A stretch of 64,000 nt of DNA from Candidatus Latescibacterota bacterium (GCA_965205485.1 OZ242180.1:2880001-2944000), one strand, 5' to 3'. Positions 37,420 through 47,242 are shown, counted from the first letter of the stretch. Notes: generated from the sequence alone by a model not told the origin. A program made the numbers and translations.

Positions 37420-38907
37420 TCACTGGCATTTGTCCGACCTTATCGCCTCGAGCGCGATTGTCTTGGGCGCACTTCTTCCGCCACGTTTATCCTCGGCGAT
37501 CACTTGAAACGTGAATTCTCCACTGGAAATCTGAGGGAAGCATATCGCAAACATGACTTCCTTGCCGGACGCATGGTACTTGAATGCGTTCCGCTGGCCG
37601 CCGATTTTGACTTCAGGAGTGGCTGGCGACGTCTGTGTAACGAGATATCGAATCGCCTCGCCATCGAAGTCTTCAGCTCGAACGTTGAATTTGCGCCACA
37701 CAACCGTGCTGGCTTTTGTCTGTCCCCCCTCTGTGACCCATTTCCCGTCCTTGTACGTCATCTTGTCGGCGGAATAGGAAGCCGAAGCAGGTCTGTGATC
37801 TCCTGCATAGGCAACCGAAGACAAACGCGGCGGCCGGTTTCCGGACTCATCGAAATCAGTAGCCGCCTCCCAGTTTTCTATCCAGGTTCTGGCTCGTTTG
37901 TACCCCCGATCCGCCGATTTCTGCATCCACTCCCTGGCGGCAGCCAGATCCTTCGGTACACCGTCGCCCTCAGCCAGCATCTTCGCCAGACTGAATTGGG
38001 CAGCGGCGTTGTTCTGCTCGGCCGCCAATTTGTACCACCGCAGTGCCTCTCGCTTGTCCTTCTCGTAAAACCCCACGGCATATTGTGCATGCGCATGACC
38101 CTGCCTTGCCGCGGCACGGTACCACTCAAGCGCTTTCTTTTTGTCCTTTCTTATCCTGTGCTTTCCCGTGTCGAGAAAATAGGCCCATTGAGCCTGGGCT
38201 TCGGCATTTCCAGCTTCGGCATGCGTTTGCATGAGATGCGTTCCCTTTTTCTCATTCTTGAATACGCCGTCGCCGTTGATATATGCCACCGCCAGATCTC
38301 TTTGAGACTTGTGATCTCCCTGATTGGCGGCTTCGCGCAAGCGGGCAAATCTGGACAACCGCACCCAGCGCGCTTCCGATGTGCATCCGGCGGCGTTCAC
38401 GATGACCGACCTGGGTTCGCTCCTGGCGCCGTTCCTGTCCATCGCGACGACCTGAAGCGTGATCTCCGCCCCTGAGGGAGGAATGCATACCTTCACGTCG
38501 ACTGCCTGGCCGCTGGGAACGAAGGAATCATCCTGTTCTATGATCGCAACCGGCTTTTCAGGTGATAACTGAGACCAGATATACTGCACTTCGTCCCCGT
38601 CTGCGTCGCTGGCCTGCGCGGTGTAATAGAGCCATACCACGTCCTTGCCGGAACGGAATTCCGCAAGTCCTTCTTCCATCTTTTCCTCTGCCAGGGTCTT
38701 GCTGGAAGAGAAAGAAATGCCGGAACCGACTGTTTGGGAATATCCGTATGCTCCATTTCTTCCCACATTGCCGATCACGGGCGGCAGGTTACGGCCTTCG
38801 GCCGATGTTTCGGATTGGTCTGCCTCCGCTGCCGACGAGTTTTCAGTCCCCGTAAACATGCCGACGAAGATGGCGATAATCAAAAGCAAGGGATTGCTCA
38901 ATGGCAT
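37420..38907 (-). CDS. Secreted Sel1-like repeat protein with duplicated Ig-like domains
   Basis: Signal peptide; repeats such as AARQGHAHAQYAVG, ALRWYKLAAEQNNAAAQFSLA and GDGVPKD; similar N- and C-terminal beta domains. Confidence 0.8.
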   Translation of the reverse strand: MPLSNPLLLIIAIFVGMFTGTENSSAAEADQSETSAEGRNLPPVIGNVGRNGAYGYSQTVGSGISFSSSKTLAEEKMEEGLAEFRSGKDVVWLYYTAQASDADGDEVQYIWSQLSPEKPVAIIEQDDSFVPSGQAVDVKVCIPPSGAEITLQVVAMDRNGARSEPRSVIVNAAGCTSEARWVRLSRFARLREAANQGDHKSQRDLAVAYINGDGVFKNEKKGTHLMQTHAEAGNAEAQAQWAYFLDTGKHRIRKDKKKALEWYRAAARQGHAHAQYAVGFYEKDKREALRWYKLAAEQNNAAAQFSLAKMLAEGDGVPKDLAAAREWMQKSADRGYKRARTWIENWEAATDFDESGNRPPRLSSVAYAGDHRPASASYSADKMTYKDGKWVTEGGQTKASTVVWRKFNVRAEDFDGEAIRYLVTQTSPATPEVKIGGQRNAFKYHASGKEVMFAICFPQISSGEFTFQVIAEDKRGGRSAPKTIALEAIRSDKCQ

Positions 38908-39060
38908 AGGGAACATTCCTTTGTGTCGAACCGCACCCGGTTTGGAGCCTGCACCGCCTCGCATCAGAAGTCTGAATTCATGAGGCGATTTAGATTTCGC
39001 CGGCGACGGACGAGATCATACACGCCTCCCCGCGCCGGGTGGAAACTGGGGGAGGGGTCG

Positions 39061-40101
39061 CTACCCGCTCGTCTTGCCGAAATTCGCCGCGAAGGTGAGA
39101 AAGTCTGCGAAATCCACCTTACCGTTACCATCAAAATCCCCGATCAGACCGGTCGACGTGCCTGTATCACCGACGGCGGGCGCTTCGGAGGACCAGCGGA
39201 TTTCTTCGTCCGCGCCGCGAGTACGTGCGACGCCATTGCCGTTCTCATCGACAAACGCACTGAACCTGCCTCCTTCTATTCCCAGCCCGCCAATGCCCGT
39301 CGAATCCGCCCCCATGCCGGCGACAACACGCTCGGACGCATTGAGGAACCCGACGAGACCGTGACCGTTATCATTCGCGCCCATGGCGGCAACGACCCCA
39401 CCCTCCGCATTCGTGATACGAAAGGCTCCGGCGCCATTGTTGTCTATACCGAAACCGGATACCGCCTTATTGTCCGTGTTGAACACCGCCATCGCGCCGT
39501 CTCCGGCGTTGTCGAAGAAGAGCGCGGACGCAGAGCCGGTTGCGCTCCTTGCGTCGACCCATCCATTGGCCTGTTCCGACGGATCGGCGCCCATCGCGGC
39601 CGCGACCCGACCGGCAGCATTGAGGACCCCCAGGGTACCGTGTCCGTTAGCGTCAACGCCCACAATGGAAGCCACGTTGCCGTTGCTGTTCCCTATCACC
39701 AGTGAACCGTCGCCGGACTCGCCCGACCCGAGGGCTGCGACAACCTCGCCGCTTGCGTTTACAATGTGGAGTGTTCGCACGCGTAGGGTATCCCCGGCAT
39801 CGACAATTTGCTCCGGAGCGAACTTGCTCAGTGCATCGGTGCCGGCCTCCGGTAACGGCAGGTCGGCGCGGGCGAGAGATACATCTCCAAACTGGACGTC
39901 GCCCGTTGTCGTCGTGCCGTGCTTTAAGTTCAGCGAAGCCAGCTTGGCCGGAAGCATACTCCCAACCCACTTCGACGCCCGGGTGAGGGCAGGCGTCGCG
40001 CTGAAGAGGAATACAACCAGCAATCCTGAAATCATCCTTTTCTGCCAGCGTAATTTATCTTCCAGTGCTTCCAGCCTCTGGCGCACATCGTCACGATCCA
40101 T
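39061..40101 (-). CDS. Membrane-anchored repeat protein with C-terminal EF-hand/dockerin-like motif
   Basis: N-terminal coiled coil plus TM segment, about 22-aa Gly-rich repeats, terminal GDFDGNGKVDFADFLTFAANFG; AAGGAGG RBS. Confidence 0.75.
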   Translation of the reverse strand: MDRDDVRQRLEALEDKLRWQKRMISGLLVVFLFSATPALTRASKWVGSMLPAKLASLNLKHGTTTTGDVQFGDVSLARADLPLPEAGTDALSKFAPEQIVDAGDTLRVRTLHIVNASGEVVAALGSGESGDGSLVIGNSNGNVASIVGVDANGHGTLGVLNAAGRVAAAMGADPSEQANGWVDARSATGSASALFFDNAGDGAMAVFNTDNKAVSGFGIDNNGAGAFRITNAEGGVVAAMGANDNGHGLVGFLNASERVVAGMGADSTGIGGLGIEGGRFSAFVDENGNGVARTRGADEEIRWSSEAPAVGDTGTSTGLIGDFDGNGKVDFADFLTFAANFGKTSG

Positions 40102-40197
40102 TGTCTTCCTCCTTCGCGTGAATACCAGGCATATCCTGAACCTGAGTCTTTTGACCAGATTCGAACATCTCCGTAAGTGGTTGAAAACAACCGATGG

Positions 40198-41358
40198 CTA
40201 GGGGCCTTCGTCGCACGGGCGCCGCAGATTTCTTCCCGGGAACGACCGGAAAGGATGCTCGGCGAGCGCAGGTTCGTCCAGGTCAATGCCCAGGCCGGGG
40301 GCCGTGGGAAGCGTGATGTAACCGTCTTTGACGACGAAGGGTTCGACAGCGATTTCGTTGCCCGCGGGTTCGAAGTTTACGAAGTACTCGGTAATCAGAA
40401 AGTTGGGCATGCCGGCCGCGGCCTGCATCGTTGCGGCCAGCCCCACGGTGGTGCTGTTGTAGTTGTGCGGTGAGACCGCGATGTGACACGGTTCGGCCAT
40501 CGCCGCGATTTCGCGAAGCTCCAGAATGCCGCCGCAGTTGCAGACGTCCGGGTTGATGATGTCGGCGGCGCGTCTCTCGAAGACCTCGCGGAATTCCGTC
40601 TTTGTATAGAGTTCTTCTCCGGTGACAACCGGGATGCGGATGTCTCGTCTGGCTTCCACCAGGCCGTCGAGGTCCCGGGACGAAACCGGTTCTTCGTACC
40701 AGAAGGGACTGTATGGCTCCATGCCGCGGGCAACGCGGATGGCATGCGCCGGAGTGAGCCTGCGGTGTACCTCGACGAGAATATCCACGTCCGGGCCCAC
40801 GGCCTCGCGCACGGCCCTGACCCGGTCCACGGCGGTTTGTTCGTCCGTTCGGTCGATGATGCTGCGCCAGGGGCCCGGAAAGGGGTCGAACTTGAGCGCG
40901 GTGAACCCCCTCGCCACAACTCCGGCCGCCCGTTCGACGAGTTCATCCAACCCTTTACCGGGATCGTACCAGCTTCCCCAGCCGTTGGCGTAGACCTTGA
41001 TCCTTGTTCTGCATGCGCCGCCGAGCAGGTTGTAGACGGGCTGGTCCAGGGACTTGCCGACAATATCCCACATGGCCTGTTCGATGGCGCTGATGGCGGC
41101 ATAGAGATCCATCGCGCCCCGCTTGCTTGCGAAGTCCGTGTAGGCCACGTACGTGAAATGCTTGATATCGAACGGCGACCGTCCCCGCAGGTAGCGTCCC
41201 AGTTCATCGACGTGAATCTGGACGCTCCGGTCCCTGTCGTGCTGCGTGTAGGCCTCGCCCCATCCGTGGATACCCGCGTCGGTTTCCAGTTTGACGAAGA
41301 GCCAGTTCTTCGCGCTGCCGGGGTGAACGAGAAAGGTCTTTATACGCTCAATCCGCAT
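40198..41358 (-). CDS. Galactonate dehydratase-like mandelate racemase family enzyme
   Basis: WLFVK.ETD.G..GWGE, YANGW, KFDPF, EEP, TGE, PHN. Confidence 0.88.
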   Translation of the reverse strand: MRIERIKTFLVHPGSAKNWLFVKLETDAGIHGWGEAYTQHDRDRSVQIHVDELGRYLRGRSPFDIKHFTYVAYTDFASKRGAMDLYAAISAIEQAMWDIVGKSLDQPVYNLLGGACRTRIKVYANGWGSWYDPGKGLDELVERAAGVVARGFTALKFDPFPGPWRSIIDRTDEQTAVDRVRAVREAVGPDVDILVEVHRRLTPAHAIRVARGMEPYSPFWYEEPVSSRDLDGLVEARRDIRIPVVTGEELYTKTEFREVFERRAADIINPDVCNCGGILELREIAAMAEPCHIAVSPHNYNSTTVGLAATMQAAAGMPNFLITEYFVNFEPAGNEIAVEPFVVKDGYITLPTAPGLGIDLDEPALAEHPFRSFPGRNLRRPCDEGP

Positions 41359-41408
41359 TTCGCGAATGCTCCGGAAAGCCGTACGAGACGCCTATTGGCA
41401 ATACCCAC

Positions 41409-42176
41409 CTAAATCATCAGGTCTCCGCCGTTGATGTCCAGCGAAGCGCCGGTGATGTAGGCGGCCTGGTCGGAGGCGAGGAAGGCCACGAGGTTGGCCA
41501 CCTCCTCCGGTCTGCCCAGGCGGGGTATGGGGAAGCTTCTCGCATAGGCGCGTGTTCGTTCCTCATCGATCGTACCGCGGACCATCTCGGTATCGATCAG
41601 GCCCGGGCATACGGCATTTACGGTAATGTTGTAGGGCGCGACTTCCCTGGCAAGATGACGCGTGAATCCCAGTACCCCGGCCTTGGCCGCGGTGTAGTGC
41701 GCGCCGCCCACGGTACTGACGTTCTTGCCGGCGGTGGAAGAGAAATTGACGATACGGCCCCAGCCCGCCTCCCGCATGTGCGGAAGGACCGCCTTCGAGC
41801 AGAGAAAGGCGCCCTTGAGATTGACATCGATCACGCGATCCCACTCGTCTTCGTCAATATCCATGACACTCGTCGGAAAGAGGATTCCCGCGTTGTTGAC
41901 CAGAATGTGGACGGCCCCGAATGTGTCCGCCGTCCAGTCGACCATGGCCTGCACCCCCGGCGCATCGGTGACATCGGCCTGAAAGTGAAAGGCCGTGGTG
42001 ACCGACGACCTCAGTTCTTCGGCCGTACTTTCGGCGTTGGACTGGTCGAGGTCGTTCACGACGAGGTGGGCGCCATGATCCGCAAGGGTCCGGGCGACGG
42101 CCCGGCCGATGCCCTGACCCGCCCCGGTCACGATGGCGACGTGGTCACGAAGGGGTTGATGCTGGGGCATATCCAT
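41409..42176 (-). CDS. Short-chain dehydrogenase/reductase (FabG-like)
   Basis: TGAGQGIG, NNAG, YTAAK, VNAVCPG. Confidence 0.93.
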   Translation of the reverse strand: MDMPQHQPLRDHVAIVTGAGQGIGRAVARTLADHGAHLVVNDLDQSNAESTAEELRSSVTTAFHFQADVTDAPGVQAMVDWTADTFGAVHILVNNAGILFPTSVMDIDEDEWDRVIDVNLKGAFLCSKAVLPHMREAGWGRIVNFSSTAGKNVSTVGGAHYTAAKAGVLGFTRHLAREVAPYNITVNAVCPGLIDTEMVRGTIDEERTRAYARSFPIPRLGRPEEVANLVAFLASDQAAYITGASLDINGGDLMI

Positions 42177-42245
42177 GAGCGTGTCCTCTCGCTGTTGCCG
42201 GCCGCAACCGCTTCCTCTTCAGGAATCGAGGGAAGGGTTCAGGGG

Positions 42246-43439
42246 TCAGGGTGATACGACACCGAGTGACTTGCCGACGTCCACAAAGGTGTCGATGGCG
42301 CGGTCCAGTTGAACTCGGGTGTGGGCCGCGGAGATCTGGACGCGGATGCGGGCTTCGCCTCTGGGCACCACGGGATAACTGAAGCCCACCACGAAGATGC
42401 CGCGTTCGTTCATCGCCCGCGCCATGCGTACGGTCTTTTGTTCGTCTCCGAGCATGATCGGGACGATGGGGTGGATACCCTCTGTAATGCGGAAACCGCG
42501 TTGGCTCATTGCCTTCCTGAAGTACGCGGTGTTTTGCATGACGTTCCGCCGATATTCCGGCCGCGTCTCTACGAGATCCAGCGCCTTCAACCCGCCCGCG
42601 ACGATCGGCGGCGCAAGCGTGTTGGAAAAGAGGTAGGGACGGGAGCGCTGCCGCAGGTACTCGATGATTTCTCCGCGCCCCGTTGTAAACCCGCCCGACG
42701 CGCCACCCAGTGCCTTTCCAAGCGTGCTCGTCAGAATATCGATCCGGTCTTCGACGCCGCAGAATTCCGGTGTGCCGCGTCCGTTGTCGCCCAGAAATCC
42801 GGTCGCATGAGAATCGTCCACCATGACGAGCGCATCGTGAGCGTCCGCGAGACGGCAGATTTCCTCGAGCGGCGCGACGTACCCGTGCATGGAGAACACG
42901 CCGTCGGTGGCGATTACACGGAAACGGGCGTCCGCAGCGTTCTGCAGCAGGGTTTCGAGGTGCGCCATGTCCGCGTGAGGATAGATGCTGCGTTGCGCCT
43001 TGCACAGCCGGACGCCGTCGATAATGCTGGCGTGGTTGAGCGCGTCGCTGATTACGGCGTCATCGGGTCCAAAGAGGGTCTCGAACAGTCCTGCGTTGGC
43101 GTCGAAGCAGGACGTGTAGAGTACGGTGTCTTCCGTATTGAGAAAGCCTGAGATACGCCGTTCCAGGCTCTTGTGCAGATCCTGGGTGCCGCAGATGAAT
43201 CGTACGGATGCCATGCCGTATCCGTACGCGCCCATTCCCTCCGCCGCGGCGTTTACGATGTCGGGATGATTGGCCAGCCCCAGGTAGTTGTTGGCGCAGA
43301 AGTTGATTGTCTCACCGTCCGGGGTTCTGATCAATGTATCTTGCGGCGTGACGATCTGCGTTTCTGTCTTGTAAAGACCGTTTTCCCGGATGGATTTCAA
43401 TTCGTCCTGCAACCATGATTTCATGCCGGTGTAGGCCAT
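42246..43439 (-). CDS. kbl: Glycine C-acetyltransferase (2-amino-3-ketobutyrate CoA ligase)
   Basis: [56 protein letters not shown]. Confidence 0.95.
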   Translation of the reverse strand: MAYTGMKSWLQDELKSIRENGLYKTETQIVTPQDTLIRTPDGETINFCANNYLGLANHPDIVNAAAEGMGAYGYGMASVRFICGTQDLHKSLERRISGFLNTEDTVLYTSCFDANAGLFETLFGPDDAVISDALNHASIIDGVRLCKAQRSIYPHADMAHLETLLQNAADARFRVIATDGVFSMHGYVAPLEEICRLADAHDALVMVDDSHATGFLGDNGRGTPEFCGVEDRIDILTSTLGKALGGASGGFTTGRGEIIEYLRQRSRPYLFSNTLAPPIVAGGLKALDLVETRPEYRRNVMQNTAYFRKAMSQRGFRITEGIHPIVPIMLGDEQKTVRMARAMNERGIFVVGFSYPVVPRGEARIRVQISAAHTRVQLDRAIDTFVDVGKSLGVVSP

Positions 43440-43698
43440 ATCGGTTGTCTCGTGAAGGCGGAAATCGGCATCCTGACCTGCAACACCAAAATAGAAGATC
43501 CATCCTTCGAAATCAAGCCGGATGAACCGGGCACTGTCCCGAATTCCGGGAAGTTCATTTCACCTTGACATCGATTCCGGCCCGCTTCATATTTGCCCGG
43601 TGGATTGGGCGACATGCCCGGATTTCTTCGTACGAATCACGCACATGCCGCGAAGGGATTCACCCGTTCCCGGTAGATTGAGGCGAAGACGACCTAAG

Positions 43699-43861
43699 GT
43701 GTCCTGTCCCGAAAATTCCTCACCATTCGACCGGCGATTCATCCCGTCTCGCTACGTTCCCCTCGCTCGCCGACCATACGCAGGTCGGCTGCGCTCAGGC
43801 GCCTTGCGAGCCGGGCGACTCAGCGGTCGAATTTAGGCAACCCATTTCCGGGACAGAACAC
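43699..43861. mobile_element. Putative MITE (about 163 bp) with 18-bp imperfect terminal inverted repeats
   Basis: GTGTCCTGTCCCGAAAAT (43699) versus ATTTCCGGGACAGAACAC (ending 43861), 16/18 complementary; flanked by CTAAG and TAG; internal TTCGACCG/CGGTCGAA pairing. Confidence 0.65.
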
Positions 43862-43897
43862 TAGGTGTTCGCCCGTTGCTTCGAAGGGCGGTTACAG

Positions 43898-45082
43898 ATG
43901 TCCGAACTGAAGAAGATCGCGGCCATTGTGACGACGTACTATCGGTATTCTCACGCCGACGTCATCATGACCAAGTTTCTGAAGGGGTTTCCGTCGGACG
44001 ACGGGTTGATACCGCCGGAGGTGGAGGTCGCGTCGATGTACATGGACCAGGTTCATGAGAAAGACGTCGGCCTCGAACTCGCGAAGGAACACGGGGTGCC
44101 GGTCTACAACAGCATTCCGAAGGCATTGACGCTGGGCGGAGAGAAACTTGCGGTCGACGGCGTGCTGATCATCGGCGAACACGGCGACTACGCATGGAAC
44201 GAGAAGCAGCAGCATATGTATCCGCGCCGGTACTTCTTCGAGCAGGTATGCGGGGTTCTTGCGACTTCCGGCCGGTCCGTGCCTGTTTTCAACGACAAAC
44301 ACCTCGCGTATGACTGGGTGAATTCTAAGTGGATGTACGACCGGGCCGGAGTGCTGAATGTGCCTTTTCTGGCCGGGTCCTCGGTTCCGCTAGGCTGGAG
44401 GCGTCCGTATCTCGAATACAACCTGGAGACGCCGCTTACGGAAGCGTTGTCAATCGGGTATTCGGGCCTGGACATCTACGGGTTCCACACGCTCGAACTG
44501 TTGCAATGTATGACCGAACGCAGGCGGGGCGGCGAGACCGGTATCGTCGCTGTGCAGTGCCTCGAGGGAGATGACGTCTGGAGGGCGGGAGACGAGGGGC
44601 AATGGTCCCGCGAGCTCGCCGATGCCGCACGCGAACCCATTGAGGCGAAAGCCGCCGGGGAAATGGAAGCTCACTGCCCGGACCCGGCGGTCTTTCTGCT
44701 GGAATACAAAGACGGTTTGAAGGCTGCCTCCCTTATGTTGAACGGATACACGCAGGGATTCGGATACGCCGGCCGCGAACGGGGCGGCGTACGGGGAATG
44801 GAGGTGTTCCTTCCGGACGATCCCCACGCCCATTTCAGCTATCTCGGCAGAAACATCCACGAACTCTTCCTCACCGGTAAACCACCGTACCCCGTAGAGC
44901 GCACGCTGCTGGTTAGCGGGGCCCTGGATGCGCTGATGGACTCCCGCCACAGGGGCCACGTAAGGGTGGAGACACCGCATCTCGACGTCCGGTATCGTTC
45001 GTACGAGCGCCCGCCCATCAGGCCCGTCGGGCCAAGACCGTCGGGTGCAAGCCTGGTGCCGATTGTGCCGGGACGAAGCTGA
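43898..45082 (+). CDS. Conserved hypothetical protein, Gfo/Idh/MocA-like fold
   Basis: SHADVI, LAVDGVLIIGEHGDY, PVFNDKHL, AGSS.P, YGFH.LE, PYPVERTLL. Confidence 0.75.
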   Translation: MSELKKIAAIVTTYYRYSHADVIMTKFLKGFPSDDGLIPPEVEVASMYMDQVHEKDVGLELAKEHGVPVYNSIPKALTLGGEKLAVDGVLIIGEHGDYAWNEKQQHMYPRRYFFEQVCGVLATSGRSVPVFNDKHLAYDWVNSKWMYDRAGVLNVPFLAGSSVPLGWRRPYLEYNLETPLTEALSIGYSGLDIYGFHTLELLQCMTERRRGGETGIVAVQCLEGDDVWRAGDEGQWSRELADAAREPIEAKAAGEMEAHCPDPAVFLLEYKDGLKAASLMLNGYTQGFGYAGRERGGVRGMEVFLPDDPHAHFSYLGRNIHELFLTGKPPYPVERTLLVSGALDALMDSRHRGHVRVETPHLDVRYRSYERPPIRPVGPRPSGASLVPIVPGRS

Positions 45083-45268
45083 AAACGGCGAAAAACGAAA
45101 AGACGCGAATGAACGAGACTACGAAGAAACGAGACTACGAACAGACGAAACTACGAGAGAATGAAACAACGGGAATACATCATACACTCTTGGCCTCGTC
45201 ATCTCTTCGCCTTTTCGTATTCTCGTACTCTCGGCTTTTCGAATAAACGAAACGACGAAGAATCCGTG
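45083..45268. repeat. ACGA-periodic palindromic intergenic repeat, copy 1
   Basis: ACGAGACT/ACGAAGAA-type octamers followed by complementary TTCG units; a 54-bp core is repeated in inverted orientation at about 57885. Confidence 0.75.
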
Positions 45269-45392
45269 GCTGAGATACATTTTCATCATTATGGGCGACC
45301 CATACGGGCATGACAACTGTTATAAGGTTGTCGATGCGTTCCCGAGCGCGAGCGAAAGAGTGGCGACGAGTTTCCAGGTGGAGGGCTGACGT

Positions 45393-46394
45393 GTGGCACT
45401 GAACGCGGCGGTGATCGGTCTGGGCGTGGGCACGGGGCACATCGCCGCCTACCGGGAAGCGGGTGCGGAGGTAACCGCGATCTGCGACGTAAACGGGGAA
45501 TTGCTGGAACGGGTCGGGGACGAGCAGGGCGTTCCGCGCCGGTATACCGACTATCGCGCCCTGGCCGACCGGGATGACATCGACGTCGTCTCAATCTGCA
45601 CGCCCGATCATCTGCACGCCGACCCGGCCGTTGAAATGATGTCTTCCGGGAAGCACGTGCTTGTGGAGAAGCCGCTGGCCACCACGTTCGAGGATATCGA
45701 AAGAATCGTGCGGACGTCACGCCGGATGGGACGGAAGGTGTCTCACGGTTGCCAGATCCGGTTCGATGAGACGTTTCAGGAGTTGAAACGCCAGGTCGAG
45801 GCGCAGGCGTTCGGCAAGGTGTTCTACGCCGAGGCGGACTATATATCCAACCACCTGAATCTGTTTAAGGAGGGATGGCGCGGCAAGCTGGGCCCGCGTT
45901 ATAATGCGGCGGCCGGCGGCAGCATCCATCCCGTCGACGTGATCCAGTGGATCATCGACTCGCCGGCGGCGGAGGTGACGGCCTACGGAAACGGCATATC
46001 CGCGGGGTCCCACGGTCTGGACGTGACCGACTGCATCGTGGGGATCATCCGCTTCGAGAACGGATGTGTCGCCAAGACGTTTACGACAATGGGCTCCGCC
46101 CGGCCCGGCTTTCGCAACTTGCAGATATACGGCACACGCAAGACGTTCCTGACCGCCCAGGCGCCGCCCGCGCGCCTGGTTTCGGATCTTCAGAGTCGAA
46201 AGTGGACGCCGCTTGAGGTTGCGGACGACGGCCGGGACAGCCGGCGGAAGCTGATCGAAGACCTGCTTCAGGCCATAGTGAACGACACGGACCCGCAGGT
46301 GAATCTGGAGCAATCCGTCCGCACGGCGGCGATCTGCGTGTCGCTGTTTGAATCGATACGGGCAGGTAAGCCGATCGCCGTGCCCGGATTCTGA
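45393..46394 (+). CDS. Gfo/Idh/MocA-family oxidoreductase
   Basis: AVIGLG.G, ICTPDHLH, GKHVLVEKP, IHPVD; GGAGG RBS before GTG. Confidence 0.92.
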   Translation: MALNAAVIGLGVGTGHIAAYREAGAEVTAICDVNGELLERVGDEQGVPRRYTDYRALADRDDIDVVSICTPDHLHADPAVEMMSSGKHVLVEKPLATTFEDIERIVRTSRRMGRKVSHGCQIRFDETFQELKRQVEAQAFGKVFYAEADYISNHLNLFKEGWRGKLGPRYNAAAGGSIHPVDVIQWIIDSPAAEVTAYGNGISAGSHGLDVTDCIVGIIRFENGCVAKTFTTMGSARPGFRNLQIYGTRKTFLTAQAPPARLVSDLQSRKWTPLEVADDGRDSRRKLIEDLLQAIVNDTDPQVNLEQSVRTAAICVSLFESIRAGKPIAVPGF

Positions 46395-46447
46395 CGTCGT
46401 TCGTGCCGCGAAATCCGTATCCCGAAACGTAATTGCGGAGTGTCCAT

Positions 46448-46843
46448 GTGGGTTTGAAGGCGATAGAAAACCCTCAGCCGTGCAGGCCGTATACGATCGA
46501 GTTTGTATTCCCCGAATTCACGGCGGTATATCAGCAAACGAACGAACCGGTCTTCGCGACGATCACCGTTCGATATGTGCCTGGCGACACGTGTATCGAG
46601 ACCGTTTCGCTCAAGCGGTATCTGGGGTCGTATCGAAATCAGTCGACGTCGTACGAGGCGGCCGTCAACCTGATTTGGGATGATCTGGTCGCGGCCTGTA
46701 ATCCGAAGCGAATGACGGTTGTCGGCGAGTTCACGGTGAGGGGAGGAATTTCCGCTACGGTCACCGTTGATACAGTAGAGAACGGGGCTGCATATTCTTC
46801 AGAGGAGCGGCAGATTGGGGACAAGGGCAGGCGAAATCCTTGA
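46448..46843 (+). CDS. QueF-like T-fold protein lacking the catalytic Cys and Asp
   Basis: ENP.P.R.YTIEF.FPEFT([11 protein letters not shown])[23 protein letters not shown] start after GGAG. Confidence 0.75.
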   Translation: MGLKAIENPQPCRPYTIEFVFPEFTAVYQQTNEPVFATITVRYVPGDTCIETVSLKRYLGSYRNQSTSYEAAVNLIWDDLVAACNPKRMTVVGEFTVRGGISATVTVDTVENGAAYSSEERQIGDKGRRNP

Positions 46844-47177
46844 GGTCTTCGAGAATCCGCGTCCCGGAAGGCGGTACACGATCGAATTTACGTGCCGGGA
46901 GTTCACTTCGCTGTGTCCGCTTACGGGACAGCCTGACTTTGCCACGATCGTCGTCCGGTACGTTCCGCGCGACAAGTGCGTGGAGCTCAAGTCGCTCAAG
47001 CGCTACTTCAGGTCGTTTCGCGATACGGGCGCCTTTTTCGAAGAGGTGACGAACCGGATCCTGGACGACCTGGTTCTGGCATGTGCGCCAGTGGAAATGA
47101 TGGTGGCCGGTCGATTCAACGTCAGGGGCGGGATCGAACACGAAATCACCGCGGACTACAGCTCAAATCGACAATAG
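46815..47177 (+). CDS. queF: NADPH-dependent 7-cyano-7-deazaguanine reductase (type I QueF)
   Basis: [23 protein letters not shown] QueF motif, RGGI; TTG start after AGAGGAG. Confidence 0.88.
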   Translation: MGTRAGEILEVFENPRPGRRYTIEFTCREFTSLCPLTGQPDFATIVVRYVPRDKCVELKSLKRYFRSFRDTGAFFEEVTNRILDDLVLACAPVEMMVAGRFNVRGGIEHEITADYSSNRQ

Positions 47178-47242
47178 CAGAGTGGCCTGGCGGGTCGATG
47201 AGGAATGATCGCTCCACCCGGTGAAACCTGCCGCTCGTTGAC

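Noticed and set aside
45083..45268. Possible CRISPR array
   Set aside because: Units are about 8 nt and degenerate, with no repeat-spacer structure and no cas genes.
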